Positions 1-9,424 are shown, counted from the stretch's first letter. The stretch is DNA of 64,000 nt from Candidatus Multivoradales bacterium (GCA_965250305.1 CBDFNS010000023.1:182623-246622), one strand, 5' to 3'. A program made the numbers and translations. Notes: generated from the letters alone by a model not told the origin.

Positions 1-808
1 ATCTTCGACCAGAATTCCCCGGTTCGAGTGGTCGACGTCGTTGGTGCCGTCGAGCACCAGCTCGCGACCGTCTTTCAGCGTAACGCGCGAGCTCGACCGC
101 GAACGGCGTGCGATGGAACGAATGTTTCCCATCGGGATCGACATGTCGCCATCCCGTGTTTCACCGTCTAGCTCGTCGGTCGACAAACACTCTTCGGCGT
201 CCCACTGTACGTAGCCGCGGAAGTCACCAACATCGGTACGGACGATTCCGCGTAGCCGATGGACATCAACCGTGAGATCAATGGGGGTCGGGAGAAACGC
301 GATACGATCGATCCGATCCCAGTCGAGAACAACTCGGCCACGCCCTTGGTCCCAAATAACGATGTCTGCCTCGATATCGTTGGAGCCGCCGTCAAAATCG
401 AGACTCGAGCCGCCTTTGAGAAAAAGCGTCACACGATCTCCGCTCTTGGGTTCGATCGCGACCAGGTCACCGAAGCGGACCATGGAGGACCGGCTCTCAC
501 CCCAGTCACGCCACCGGCTGCCGATCGTAATGCCGAGGATACGGAGGGGCTCCCGGGTGCTTCGCTCGCGACGAGGTACTTCGTCGAGGTAGGGCAGCTC
601 GTCTTTGGTGCCATTGAAGAAGTCGCCCCAGAACGCCTCCTCGTCGTCCCAGCGGATGCGACCTTCGTAGGTCTCGTCGCGGGTGGTGATCTTGCCGTAG
701 ATGAAGCCTTGGGTGTCGGCGCTGGACGGGGCGGCCATGGTGGCCACCGCAAGGGCCGCAAGCACCCCGTAGGCATGGAATGGACGGATTGAACTCGATC
801 GCGGCATG
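1..808 (-). CDS. Secreted hypothetical protein (3' end beyond window edge); last gene of the ECF sigma/anti-sigma operon
   Basis: Not in the ORF track because no stop falls inside the window. My own minus-strand translation from the ATG at 808..806, preceded by GGAGAAACC, gives MPRSSSIRPFHAYGVLAALAVATMAAPSSADTQGF... with a signal-peptide-like N-terminus and continues open to position 1. Confidence 0.45.
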
Positions 809-855
809 GTTTCTCCTATCGCAAAACGTCTGGGACGTGAGTCAGTTGAGGCGGG

Positions 856-1449
856 TCATTGAATCGAGTTGGCGGAGCCTCGGCTTTCGCGCCGCTCCTC
901 GCGGGTTTCAGTGCGCTGCGCGGTGTCGCCGGCCGTGCCTTCGGACAACCGCGTCCGATCCGCTACAGTCGACATGACCTCGAGCATCTTGTGGTGGTAG
1001 CGGCGGTCCGCACGCAAAACTTCAGTGGTCAGAGCAACGAATCGCTGGTCCGTCATCTGACCGCGATCTTCTTCGAGTTGCAGCTCAACCAATGCCGGGG
1101 CGCCTGGGCCCGAAGGATTGAGTGTTTGCATCAACCAAAGGCTGCAGGCGAGCAAAGTCATGGCCGCCAGGCTGGAAAGCCAGATACGGGAAGGGCGGGC
1201 CTCTTGCTTGCTGGTCGCCGAGGTCACGCGTGACCACATGGTTTCGCTGACCGGTTCGTCCTGCCCGTCGCTCTCGAGCGTTGCCATCCATCCATCGAGG
1301 TCGCGCGCCCGCCGGTAGAAATGGCGGCAGTTGGCACAAGCGGCCAGGTGGTCCACGGCCTCGAGACGCTCCAGATGGGAGAGCTCGTTGTCGAGCAAGG
1401 CGGAAAGCGCAGACGATGCGGTTTCGCATGGGAAGGATTGTGGGGTCAT
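856..1449 (-). CDS. Zinc-binding anti-sigma factor (HxxxCxxC, ChrR/RsrA-like) with a TM segment
   Basis: HLAACANCRHFY motif near the N-terminus and a central hydrophobic stretch. Its start overlaps the stop of the upstream ECF sigma gene by 4 nt (ATGA coupling). Confidence 0.6.
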   Translation of the reverse strand: MTPQSFPCETASSALSALLDNELSHLERLEAVDHLAACANCRHFYRRARDLDGWMATLESDGQDEPVSETMWSRVTSATSKQEARPSRIWLSSLAAMTLLACSLWLMQTLNPSGPGAPALVELQLEEDRGQMTDQRFVALTTEVLRADRRYHHKMLEVMSTVADRTRLSEGTAGDTAQRTETREERRESRGSANSIQ

Positions 1450-2036
1450 GGCGATCTCCAGTCCGCGTGGGGAAGGACGTCGCCGAGTGCGCCGATGATC
1501 CGTTGGCGTGCGCGGTAGACGTCGATCTTGATTTTGCTTTGACTCCAGCCCGTGCGGCGCGCAATGTCGCTGTAGGGCAGTTGCTGCCGAATCGCCAGCT
1601 CGAAGGCGAGGCGATGGTCGTCACTCAGGTCTCCCAGCACCCTTTCCAGCTGGGACAGAAACGAGGTTAGGGCGGCCCGTTGTTCGGGCGAAGCACCTGG
1701 GTCGGTGGCTCGCTCGAGGGCGGTGTCCCCCTGGTCACTGCGGGTCGTATCCATGGCGACGACCAATCGTGGGCGTCGCAACCGGTTGATCAGCAGATTG
1801 CGTGCGGTGCTGAGGAGGTAGGCGCGCAGGTTGCCATCGCGCCGAAACGAATTGGCCCGGATCGCGCGCACAAACGTCTCTTGGAGCAAGTCCTCGGCTT
1901 CTTCGCCGCCAGGCATGCGTCGCCGTAGAAAGCCCAAAACCGTCGGGCCATGGGCCTCGAAAGCGGATTGCCAAAAGCGGTCGTCGTATTGCATTTGTGG
2001 GATCACAATGTCGCTCCGTTGCCTTACACTGGTCAT
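1446..2036 (-). CDS. ECF (sigma-70 family) RNA polymerase sigma factor
   Basis: Region 2 (DLLQETFVRAIRA) and region 4 (LPYSDIARRTGWSQSKIKIDVYRARQRI) signatures. The alternative start MQYDD lies 14 codons downstream. Confidence 0.8.
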   Translation of the reverse strand: MTSVRQRSDIVIPQMQYDDRFWQSAFEAHGPTVLGFLRRRMPGGEEAEDLLQETFVRAIRANSFRRDGNLRAYLLSTARNLLINRLRRPRLVVAMDTTRSDQGDTALERATDPGASPEQRAALTSFLSQLERVLGDLSDDHRLAFELAIRQQLPYSDIARRTGWSQSKIKIDVYRARQRIIGALGDVLPHADWRSP

Positions 2037-2113
2037 GACACGTGACCGAGGCTTTGGTTGCAGACGAACGGCCGCGGGTTTTGACGCTGACGGGACGATG
2101 TAGAATCTCAGCC

Positions 2114-2857
2114 ATGTCTACGTGTGAACGAAGCGAAAGATCCCGACGCTGGCCGGTTATCGCCTTGGTAACCGTGATCTTTGGTATTCACGTCGGCCGG
2201 GGTTCCGGCCCGGTTGTCGCCGATTGGCTGGTTACGACCCATGGGGACCGGGTGGAGACCCGTGGTCCGTGGTCCGTGCGGGGGCGAACGGTGGTCTTCA
2301 CGGCCATAAGCGGCACCCTGGCGTCGATGCGTTTGGACGAGGTCGACCTCGGTGCCAGTGAGGCCGCGACGACCGCAGCGGCCAAGGCCGTAGCCGAGCC
2401 GACGGATCCGGTCACCGCGCCGCCACCGCTGCCACCGCCACCCGTTCTCGTTTTGACCGATGCTGATATTGGGCCGGGCAGCGGCAACGCGATCGGGGTC
2501 GAGGCACTGATCGAGCAGCTTCGGACGGCGCACCAGAACCAGAGCCTAGACGACGCCATGAGACTGGTTCATTGGTCGGGGATCTCGAGCGAAGTACGCG
2601 CGGCGATTGGCGAGACCTTCGCGTTCATGTTCGCGCGGCCGCTGCGATCGGTCGATTTGGTACCGGTCGCCCCGGACGAGACCGGGGCGCAGGAGAAAGA
2701 CGGCGTGACCTATCGACCCAACCTTACGGTAACCGGCAAGCTCGTGTTCGACCTCGGGTTGATCGAAGAAGACGAAGATGCCGACCGGGCCGAAGTGACG
2801 TTCTTGGTCGGCGAGGTGCTGGGCACCTCGCGCATCGTTGCACCCACGTCGAGGTAG
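2114..2857 (+). CDS. Hypothetical membrane-anchored protein with a Pro-rich linker
   Basis: Internal ATG at 2114 within ORF 2042..2857. N-terminal hydrophobic segment (WPVIALVTVIFGIHV) and a PPPLPPPP linker. No recognisable domain. Confidence 0.4.
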   Translation: MSTCERSERSRRWPVIALVTVIFGIHVGRGSGPVVADWLVTTHGDRVETRGPWSVRGRTVVFTAISGTLASMRLDEVDLGASEAATTAAAKAVAEPTDPVTAPPPLPPPPVLVLTDADIGPGSGNAIGVEALIEQLRTAHQNQSLDDAMRLVHWSGISSEVRAAIGETFAFMFARPLRSVDLVPVAPDETGAQEKDGVTYRPNLTVTGKLVFDLGLIEEDEDADRAEVTFLVGEVLGTSRIVAPTSR

Positions 2858-2962
2858 ACTGGCTGCATCCACCCCGATTTCGGACGCCCAGCGGGCTTCC
2901 TTCCGCATTGCGGGTCTGGTTGGCTGACGCTTCCAAAACGACTCTGTGGAGAACGCACCCTC

Positions 2963-3520
2963 ATGCACAAGCACGTACTGACCATTCTTTGTTTCCTCCT
3001 GGTTACCGGCCCCGCCTTGGCTGGCAAGCTCCATAGCGTCGAGATGGCCGATACCCAGGCCGTCGGTGAGCACAGCCTGGTGCTCAATGGCATGGCGCTG
3101 CGCAAGGTGGCGTTCATCAAGGTCTACGTCGCGGGGCTCTACCTGCCCGAGAAGGCGACCGACGGCGCGGCGGTCTTGGCTGGCGACACCCCGCGGCATT
3201 TGGTGATGCACTGGCTGCGTGGGGGTGGCAAGGACAAGATCTGTGACGCTTGGTACGAAGGTCTCGAGGCCAACACCCCAGGTGCCTCGTCCGACCTCAA
3301 GGCGCAATTCGACACCCTTTGCGAATGGATGGCCGACGCCGAGAAGAAAGACCAATTCGTCTTCACCTACATCCCTGGCACCGGCACCGAAGTCTCCGTC
3401 AAAGGTCAGAGCAAGGGCACCCTCGAGGGGAAGGCCTTTGCCGACGCGCTCTTCGCCTCGTGGATCGGCGCCAAGCCGGGGCCTGGTGAGGGTTTCAAGA
3501 AAGCGCTGCTGGGCGGCTAG
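2963..3520 (+). CDS. Chalcone-isomerase-like (CHI-like) family secreted protein
   Basis: Signal peptide MHKHVLTILCFLLVTGPALA and an FIKVYVAGLYL motif typical of bacterial CHI-like proteins. Confidence 0.55.
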   Translation: MHKHVLTILCFLLVTGPALAGKLHSVEMADTQAVGEHSLVLNGMALRKVAFIKVYVAGLYLPEKATDGAAVLAGDTPRHLVMHWLRGGGKDKICDAWYEGLEANTPGASSDLKAQFDTLCEWMADAEKKDQFVFTYIPGTGTEVSVKGQSKGTLEGKAFADALFASWIGAKPGPGEGFKKALLGG

Positions 3521-3551
3521 CGCTAGCCCAACTAGCCCGGCTAGCAGGGCG

Positions 3552-4544
3552 TCACGCGCGGTCGATTGGAAACGCCATCACCTCGTCGATCGACTGTGCG
3601 CCGGTCGCGATCATCAGCAAACGATCGATGCCGAGAGCAACACCGGCACAGGGTGGCAGACCGGCTTCCAGCGCTACGAGGAGGCGTTCGTCTAGCGCAA
3701 CGGCGGCGAGACCTGTGGCGCGACGTCGCTCGAGGTCGGCCTCGAATCGACATCGCTGCTCACGGGCGTCGCACAACTCGTGGAAGCCGTTGGCCAGCTC
3801 GGTGCCTTCGATGTAGACCTCAAATCGCTCGGCCACCGGTGGGTCATCGTTCGTGACGCGGGCGAGGGCGGCTTGCGACGCGGGATAGTCCAGTACGAAA
3901 GTGGGGCGCAGTTGGTCGCCCTCGCTCCGGCCGAGGTGAGGCTCGATCACGTGGCAGCCGAGCAAGTGCAGCCAGGTGTCGCGATCCGCGTCGTCGAGCC
4001 CGACGGCCTCGATTCCGGCTTTCGCGGCGCAAGTGGCAAGTGCCTCGGCGTCGGCGTGGTGCGCATCGACGTCGAGGTGCTCTTGGAAGAGGCCCGCGTA
4101 GGTGCGTCGTTCTGCGGGGGCGGTGCCAAGCGTCGCGGCGAGCAGCGCGTCCATCTCATCCATCAAGGCATGGTGGTCGAATCCAGGTCGATACCACTCG
4201 AGCATGGTGAACTCAGGGTTGTGCATCCGGCCCGACTCGTCGTCACGAAACGCCTTGCCGATCTGAAAAATCGGACCGCTTCCCGCGGCCAACAGCCGCT
4301 TCATCGCGTACTCGGGTGATGTTTGGAGATACCGAGTCGCCGGGCCTCCGGGCAGTGTCACTCGGGTGCTGAGACCGTGCAGGTGCAGGTCGGTAACGCC
4401 CGCTGTGGCCAGCGCCGGGGTCTCGACTTCCAGCACACCGCGAGCATCGAAGAAACGGCGGATCGTCGCGAGCATCGCGGCCCGAACTCGCAGCGTGTCG
4501 AGGGATGCGGTCGGTCGCCAGTCCACTACGCGCGCCGAGGCCAC
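3552..4544 (-). CDS. epmA: EF-P--(R)-beta-lysine ligase EpmA (PoxA/GenX, class II LysRS paralog)
   Basis: N-terminus aligns with EpmA (..[17 protein letters not shown]..) and class II aaRS motifs are present ([22 protein letters not shown]). GTG start at 4544 overlaps the efp stop. Confidence 0.9.
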   Translation of the reverse strand: MASARVVDWRPTASLDTLRVRAAMLATIRRFFDARGVLEVETPALATAGVTDLHLHGLSTRVTLPGGPATRYLQTSPEYAMKRLLAAGSGPIFQIGKAFRDDESGRMHNPEFTMLEWYRPGFDHHALMDEMDALLAATLGTAPAERRTYAGLFQEHLDVDAHHADAEALATCAAKAGIEAVGLDDADRDTWLHLLGCHVIEPHLGRSEGDQLRPTFVLDYPASQAALARVTNDDPPVAERFEVYIEGTELANGFHELCDAREQRCRFEADLERRRATGLAAVALDERLLVALEAGLPPCAGVALGIDRLLMIATGAQSIDEVMAFPIDRA

Positions 4545-5107
4545 TATGCGCGCGAGACGTACTCGCCGGTGCGGGTATCAATCTTGAGGGTGTCGCCTTC
4601 GTTGATGAAGAGCGGCACGCGCACGACGGCGCCGGTCTGGAGTGTGGCGGGTTTGTTGCCGCCCGAGGAGGTATCGCCGCGCAAACCAGGATCCGTCTGG
4701 GTGACCTCTAGGGTGACGAAGTTGGGCGGTGTGATCGAGATCGGGTTGTTGTTCCACAGTGTGACGTCACATTTATCCTCTTCTTTCAACCACTTCGCGA
4801 CATCGCCCACAGCATTCTTGTCGGCCTCATGCTGTTCGTAGGTGTCGGGGACCATGAAGTGATAGTGGTTGCCGTCGTTGTAGAGGTACTGCATGGTCGT
4901 TTCGACGACATCGGCAGCCTCGATCGACTCGCCCGACTTGAAGGTCTTCTCGAGCACCCTGCCGGTATTGAGATTGCGCAGCTTGACGCGGTTGAACGCC
5001 TGGCCCTTGCCGGGCTTGACCACCTCATTGTTGATGATCGAGCAAGGGTCGTTGTCGAGCATGACTTTGAGACCGTTCTTGAACTGGTTGGTGCTATAGG
5101 AAGCCAT
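4544..5107 (-). CDS. efp: Translation elongation factor P
   Basis: [50 protein letters not shown] is a near-canonical EF-P sequence. ATG at 5107 has a GAGGA RBS. The ORF-track N-terminal extension is rejected. Confidence 0.93.
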   Translation of the reverse strand: MASYSTNQFKNGLKVMLDNDPCSIINNEVVKPGKGQAFNRVKLRNLNTGRVLEKTFKSGESIEAADVVETTMQYLYNDGNHYHFMVPDTYEQHEADKNAVGDVAKWLKEEDKCDVTLWNNNPISITPPNFVTLEVTQTDPGLRGDTSSGGNKPATLQTGAVVRVPLFINEGDTLKIDTRTGEYVSRA

Positions 5108-5313
5108 GATGTCCTCGCAGCGATCGCGCGCGATCTGCTTGGTTCTTGTTCGAGTTGTAGCTGCCGAGCACGGCAACGGGGCGCTGATTCTAGCGCGAAG
5201 CGAGGTTGCGGGCCACCACCCTATCTCGATGTCTAGGACGAGGCGAACTTGCCGGGGCTTCTGTTGCCAAGGGCCCAGCGACCTCCGAATCAGAGTTCAG
5301 CGACCGCACCCAC

Positions 5314-5392
5314 GTTAGACGTGGATGGGCGTAACGCGGCCATTGATCGTGCGGAAGACGATCGGCCGGCCGCATTTGTTGCAGGTATACAT
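5314..5392 (-). CDS. Candidate 25-codon small ORF (MYTCNKCGRPIVFRTINGRVTPIHV) with a single CxxC
   Basis: GGAG is 5 nt upstream of an ATG in the efp upstream intergenic region. It lies out of frame inside ORF-track entry 5190..5498. Coordinates are approximate. Confidence 0.15.
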
Positions 5393-5527
5393 GGCGGCTC
5401 CATGAGCGGTCCTTTGACAGGCCACCGGAATGCAAATACACTGTCAGGGTAAGGCTCTGGCGGTGTTTTGCACTTCCAGCCCCCGTTAGCTCACCCAATG
5501 TGGGTAGCCCGTCTCAAGGCGTGAGGG

Positions 5528-5560
5528 GAAGTAGGCCGTGGGGTTGCAGCCCTACGGCCT
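5528..5560. terminator. 11-bp-stem GC-rich hairpin (aggccgtgggg-ttgcag-ccctacggcct) just 3' of the XRE-ImmA gene
   Basis: Seen directly in the sequence. It sits a few nt beyond the 5566 stop at the low-GC island boundary. Confidence 0.35.
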
Positions 5561-5565
5561 CTTGC

Positions 5566-6699
5566 TTATTGCGCTAGATTCTTTCTCCTTCGCCAAGCGT
5601 CGAGCGAAGCGACTCCAGCCGTTTCTTGGTAGGCACTTACGTCAATACCCGAGATCTTCTGGAACAGGGATGGAGACCAGCCAAGCTCATTTGCGATGTC
5701 AAGCGGCGATTCCCCAAGGTATGCCTCCAACCGAGCAATTGCTCCAGTAAGGAGTTCAGGAATTTCCGCAGCAGGCTCGTTTGGTTCCGGTATTTTGCCG
5801 TGGAGCCACCCCTTGGCGCTCATGTATTTGTACGAACGGCGGTACTCCGAGGGGCCGATCAGATCAAGGTCAAAGGCTCGGCGGATGATCGCCGGAGCAC
5901 TGACTTTCCAAGATCGCTTGAGTTCGAAGATTGCAGCCCAGCTCGGCTTCCTCATGGCGATTCTGTAGTCTTCGGAGAATGGCTGCCGCGGCAGAAGAAA
6001 TGCACTCGCGAATCGGTTCGCCTGACCTTCCGTTTCCTTGTCGCCCGTGTTCTGGCCGGTGTGAATCACCAGGTGGCCAAGCTCATGAGCCGCGTCGAAC
6101 CTCGATCGAGAAGCGCTCCCCTTGAAGCTGTTCAGGACAACTACACTCGTTCTTCCTGCCCGCGAGAAGGCGTCGATCTTCTTGGTGTCCTCCGCCAGCT
6201 TGCTGACTACGACACCGCCATTCTCAAGCACGCGGATCGTGTTTGAGATTGGGCCACTACCTAGCCCCCAGTGTTCTCGAGAGGCCTTGGCCGCTTTCTC
6301 GATCTCCTCGTAGGAGCACGCCTGGATCGCTGGTACCGAATCCTCGGGAAAATCAATCTTCCGCTTCAGCGTTTCGACCAGCATCCCAAGCAATGAGCCT
6401 GTGGCAAACACCTTGCTCTTGAGCTTTTTCGGCGTAGTGCTTCGGTGCCGCAGGTGGTACCCACGCCCAGAGTCATCGTGTTCAACACGCCTCGGATCAC
6501 GAAAGAACGACACCTCGACCTCTAAAGTCTCAGCTAAGGCACTAGCCAGGAGCCCCGAGGCTTCACGGTTCCCCCGCTCGATTTGGGACAGGGTTGGCGC
6601 AGAGATGGCAACCTTCTCTCCCAGCATCTTGAGACTCATTCCGCTTGCCATCCGAGCCAACCTAATTCGCTGCCCTACTGAGCTAGCTTCCATCTCCAT
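5566..6699 (-). CDS. Fusion protein: XRE-family HTH + ImmA/IrrE (COG2856, Peptidase_M78) zinc metallopeptidase domain
   Basis: N-terminal HTH (VGQRIRLARMASGMSLKMLGEKVAISAPTLSQIERG). The C-terminal domain carries HELGHLVIH (HExxH). ATG at 6699 (MEMEASS) has an AAGGGG RBS. Local GC is about 56% against about 67% in the flanks. Confidence 0.8.
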   Translation of the reverse strand: MEMEASSVGQRIRLARMASGMSLKMLGEKVAISAPTLSQIERGNREASGLLASALAETLEVEVSFFRDPRRVEHDDSGRGYHLRHRSTTPKKLKSKVFATGSLLGMLVETLKRKIDFPEDSVPAIQACSYEEIEKAAKASREHWGLGSGPISNTIRVLENGGVVVSKLAEDTKKIDAFSRAGRTSVVVLNSFKGSASRSRFDAAHELGHLVIHTGQNTGDKETEGQANRFASAFLLPRQPFSEDYRIAMRKPSWAAIFELKRSWKVSAPAIIRRAFDLDLIGPSEYRRSYKYMSAKGWLHGKIPEPNEPAAEIPELLTGAIARLEAYLGESPLDIANELGWSPSLFQKISGIDVSAYQETAGVASLDAWRRRKNLAQ

Positions 6700-7321
6700 G
6701 ATCCCCTTGATTGTTCCGCGTGCCCTGGACAGGGAATTGCAGCGGATGGGGAAGCTCGACAGCCTCCCTCCGGGGACGGATGGGGGCGACGGCTTCAACC
6801 TCGTCTAGCGGGATCGGCCACGCGTTGTGCGGCCGGCCTTCCTCGTCAAACTGCACGACCGTAACAGATTCGGCACGGCCAAGTGCGTCCGTCTCAACCG
6901 CTAGCCGAAACGACATCTCAAGGTCCGGGTCCTGAGCGAGGTCAAGGCACAATTGCTGCGCCCTGAGCTCCGGGAACCTTCGATTCAGGGTCCGGTTCGT
7001 CGAATCGGCAGGACCACCTTTGTAGAACCGGAAGGGAACGCCAGCGACGCTAAAGACAAATTTGAGCCCCGCATCCTCGATGATGGAGAGCCACCCTTCG
7101 TACGGCTCTTCGGCAACGGCAGTGGCTATCGCGAAACAGACTCGGGAATAGGCTCGACAACCAAGGCTCCATGAATTGTCGCCACGGCTTGATTCATGAA
7201 GAGAAGATGCTTCGAGGCGAGCCTGGACAATCAGATTGCCGACGAGTCTCAATCGCTCCGACGTAAGCCCAGGATGGATTTCCCATGGTTCTCTTGGTTG
7301 CATGCGCGTCATCTTAATCAT
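6683..7321 (-). CDS. Hypothetical protein, promoter-proximal partner of the XRE-ImmA gene
   Basis: ORF 6683..7339, with the start placed at ATG 7321 (MIKMTRMQ); 7312 and 7303 are alternatives. It overlaps the downstream gene start by about 17 nt. It has no recognisable domain and shares the low GC of that gene. Confidence 0.45.
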   Translation of the reverse strand: MIKMTRMQPREPWEIHPGLTSERLRLVGNLIVQARLEASSLHESSRGDNSWSLGCRAYSRVCFAIATAVAEEPYEGWLSIIEDAGLKFVFSVAGVPFRFYKGGPADSTNRTLNRRFPELRAQQLCLDLAQDPDLEMSFRLAVETDALGRAESVTVVQFDEEGRPHNAWPIPLDEVEAVAPIRPRREAVELPHPLQFPVQGTRNNQGDHGDGS

Positions 7322-7554
7322 TTGTCTCGGATTTTGCAATAGTTCTGTTTCGTCAATCTGTTTTGGTTTTCCGGAAACGTGATTGTTTCGTCATGTGAGA
7401 CTCGTTTAGAGTTCAATGTCTCTCTCTCGCCGCAGTAATCACGTGGGCGCCGACAGTATCCATAGGCGCGTGCGCACGCGCCGTGGGCCACCGTAGCGCG
7501 TTGATGGCTTGTCCGTGGCTTGTCCGTGGCCGGGCGACGCGCTACGGTGGCTTC

Positions 7555-8568
7555 ATGGCGACGTCCGTGACTCGATCGGTTCCACTGTGGCAACGAAGCT
7601 ACCAACAGGCCGTTTCGAGCGTTGGTGAGCTGCTCGATTTGTTGGAGCTCGCGCCGGCCGATGTCGATGCCAGTGTCGCTGCGCAGCGGGATTTTCCACT
7701 CCGTGTTCCGCGTGTTTTTGTTGCCCGCATGCGTCCCGGGGATGCTCGAGATCCCCTGCTGCTCCAAGTGTTGCCCGCGACCGCGGAGATGCGGTCGCGA
7801 ACGGGGTTTGATCACGACCCTTTGCAAGAAGCGAATGTGTCGCCCACCCCCGGCCTCTTGCGCAAATTTCACGACCGGGCGTTGCTGATCACCACTGGCG
7901 CTTGTGCTGTTCATTGTCGGTACTGTTTTCGGCGTCATTTCCCCTACGCCGAGCATGGTTCGTGGGGCTCGGCTTGGGAGGGTGCGTTGGCGTCGCTACG
8001 GGCCGATCCAGCGATCACGGAGGTCATTCTCAGCGGCGGCGATCCACTGAGTATGCGCGATGATCGCCTGGCCTCGCTCGCCGATGCCTTGGCAGCGATT
8101 CCCCATCTCGAGCGGTTGCGGGTCCACACCCGATTGCCGGTCGTACTGCCCGAACGGGTTGACGATGGCTTGCTGGCGTGGCTTGCTGGGAGCCGGCTTG
8201 CACCGGTGGTCGTGATTCACGCCAACCACGCTCAGGAGATCGGGAGCGAGGTCCGCCAAGCCTTGGCGCGACTGGGGGCCGCTGGCGTCACCTTGCTCAA
8301 CCAGTCTGTGATGCTGCGGGGTGTCAATGACAACGCCGAGGCCCTGATCGCGCTCAGCGAAGCGCTGTTTGCCGCCGGCGTGATGCCCTACTATCTTCAC
8401 CAGCTCGATCCCGTTGCGGGAGCGGGTCACTTTCAGGTCGGTGAATCCGAGGCTCGTGCGATGGTCGCGGAAATGATGCGGCGCCTTCCCGGTTACCTGG
8501 TGCCACGCCTGGTGCGCGAGATCCCCGGGGCACCGGCGAAGGTGCCGGTGCCCGTGGATCCACGTTAG
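7555..8568 (+). CDS. epmB: EF-P beta-lysylation protein EpmB (lysine 2,3-aminomutase family, radical SAM)
   Basis: CAVHCRYCFRRHFPY (the CxxxCxxC radical SAM motif) in the KamA/EpmB context. The N-terminus aligns with E. coli EpmB starting from MATSV (ATG 7555). Confidence 0.9.
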   Translation: MATSVTRSVPLWQRSYQQAVSSVGELLDLLELAPADVDASVAAQRDFPLRVPRVFVARMRPGDARDPLLLQVLPATAEMRSRTGFDHDPLQEANVSPTPGLLRKFHDRALLITTGACAVHCRYCFRRHFPYAEHGSWGSAWEGALASLRADPAITEVILSGGDPLSMRDDRLASLADALAAIPHLERLRVHTRLPVVLPERVDDGLLAWLAGSRLAPVVVIHANHAQEIGSEVRQALARLGAAGVTLLNQSVMLRGVNDNAEALIALSEALFAAGVMPYYLHQLDPVAGAGHFQVGESEARAMVAEMMRRLPGYLVPRLVREIPGAPAKVPVPVDPR

Positions 8569-8593
8569 CGTGCTACTTACATGAGTCAGGGCC

Positions 8594-9376
8594 TCAGTCG
8601 AGGCTGCGGGCCAGCTTTTCGATGAAGTCCGGGTCCATACCCGCCGCCCGCCGACTCGGTTCGTGGAACGACTCGCCGCGGGCCTTGGTTGGGCGCAAGG
8701 GCCACGAAAGTGCCTCACGGTACGCATCCCATGCGCTTTGCTCAGGATGCTTGAGACGTTCCAGCCACTGCCAACCAAAGGCCACATGCCGGATCTCGTC
8801 ACGATGGACTTGCTCGATAACGAGTGCGGATTTTTCGTCACCGGCTTGGTGGGCAACCTCGGCGGTAACCACCGTGTGATCGAGGTTGGCGTTCTCGAAC
8901 GTCAGCGACATGGCGCAAATGAATCGCAGAGGCGAATGGAGGTCGCCAACTTTGTTCCAAAAGTAGCCACTGACGGGGAAATCGCCGAACCGAGCGCCGA
9001 GCGCCTCAACGCGGGCCATGTACATGCGGGTGTGTCGCTGTTCGTCGCGCAAGACTCGCAACAATCCCTGCCGGAATCGTGCTGGCGCGTCGGGAAAAGC
9101 AAGCAGAGCCCAGGCGAACAGCTCCACGGCTTGCAACTCATGGTTGGCCAGGGCGTGGAGGATGCGCACGCGTTGTTTGGGGTCGCTGAAGCCGGCCAGC
9201 CGGGGAACCTTGACCTCACGCCCTGGCCGCATGCCTAACGACGGTGGCCGGCCGGGTCGAAGCTCGGGCGCGGCCGGGCCGCGGGCCTCGTCGCTCAGAT
9301 CCGGCGGCGGAGGTCGGAGCTTGGTGCTCAGGTCGGGGGTGCCCAATACGTTGCGGGCGAAATCATTGAGTTCCAT
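8594..9376 (-). CDS. Ferritin-like superfamily protein (DUF455-like)
   Basis: HALANHELQAVELFAWALLAFPD is a ferritin-like four-helix-bundle metal-site pattern. DUF455 membership cannot be confirmed without a profile search. Confidence 0.5.
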   Translation of the reverse strand: MELNDFARNVLGTPDLSTKLRPPPPDLSDEARGPAAPELRPGRPPSLGMRPGREVKVPRLAGFSDPKQRVRILHALANHELQAVELFAWALLAFPDAPARFRQGLLRVLRDEQRHTRMYMARVEALGARFGDFPVSGYFWNKVGDLHSPLRFICAMSLTFENANLDHTVVTAEVAHQAGDEKSALVIEQVHRDEIRHVAFGWQWLERLKHPEQSAWDAYREALSWPLRPTKARGESFHEPSRRAAGMDPDFIEKLARSLD

Positions 9377-9424
9377 GAAGGCCCTTTCAGGGCTGAATGT
9401 TGGCGCGCTCGGGTACGCTACACC

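Noticed and set aside
259-792. Plus-strand 177-aa ORF and minus-strand ORFs 168..395 and 429..776
   Set aside because: The minus-strand frame starting at ATG 808 with a GGAGA RBS gives a signal-peptide protein that runs off the window. The listed ORFs are alternative-frame artefacts of GC-rich DNA.
5190-5498. 102-aa minus-strand ORF in the efp upstream region
   Set aside because: It starts with TTG, has no RBS or domain, and has biased composition. Only the embedded out-of-frame 25-codon ATG ORF with a GGAG was kept as a low-confidence candidate.
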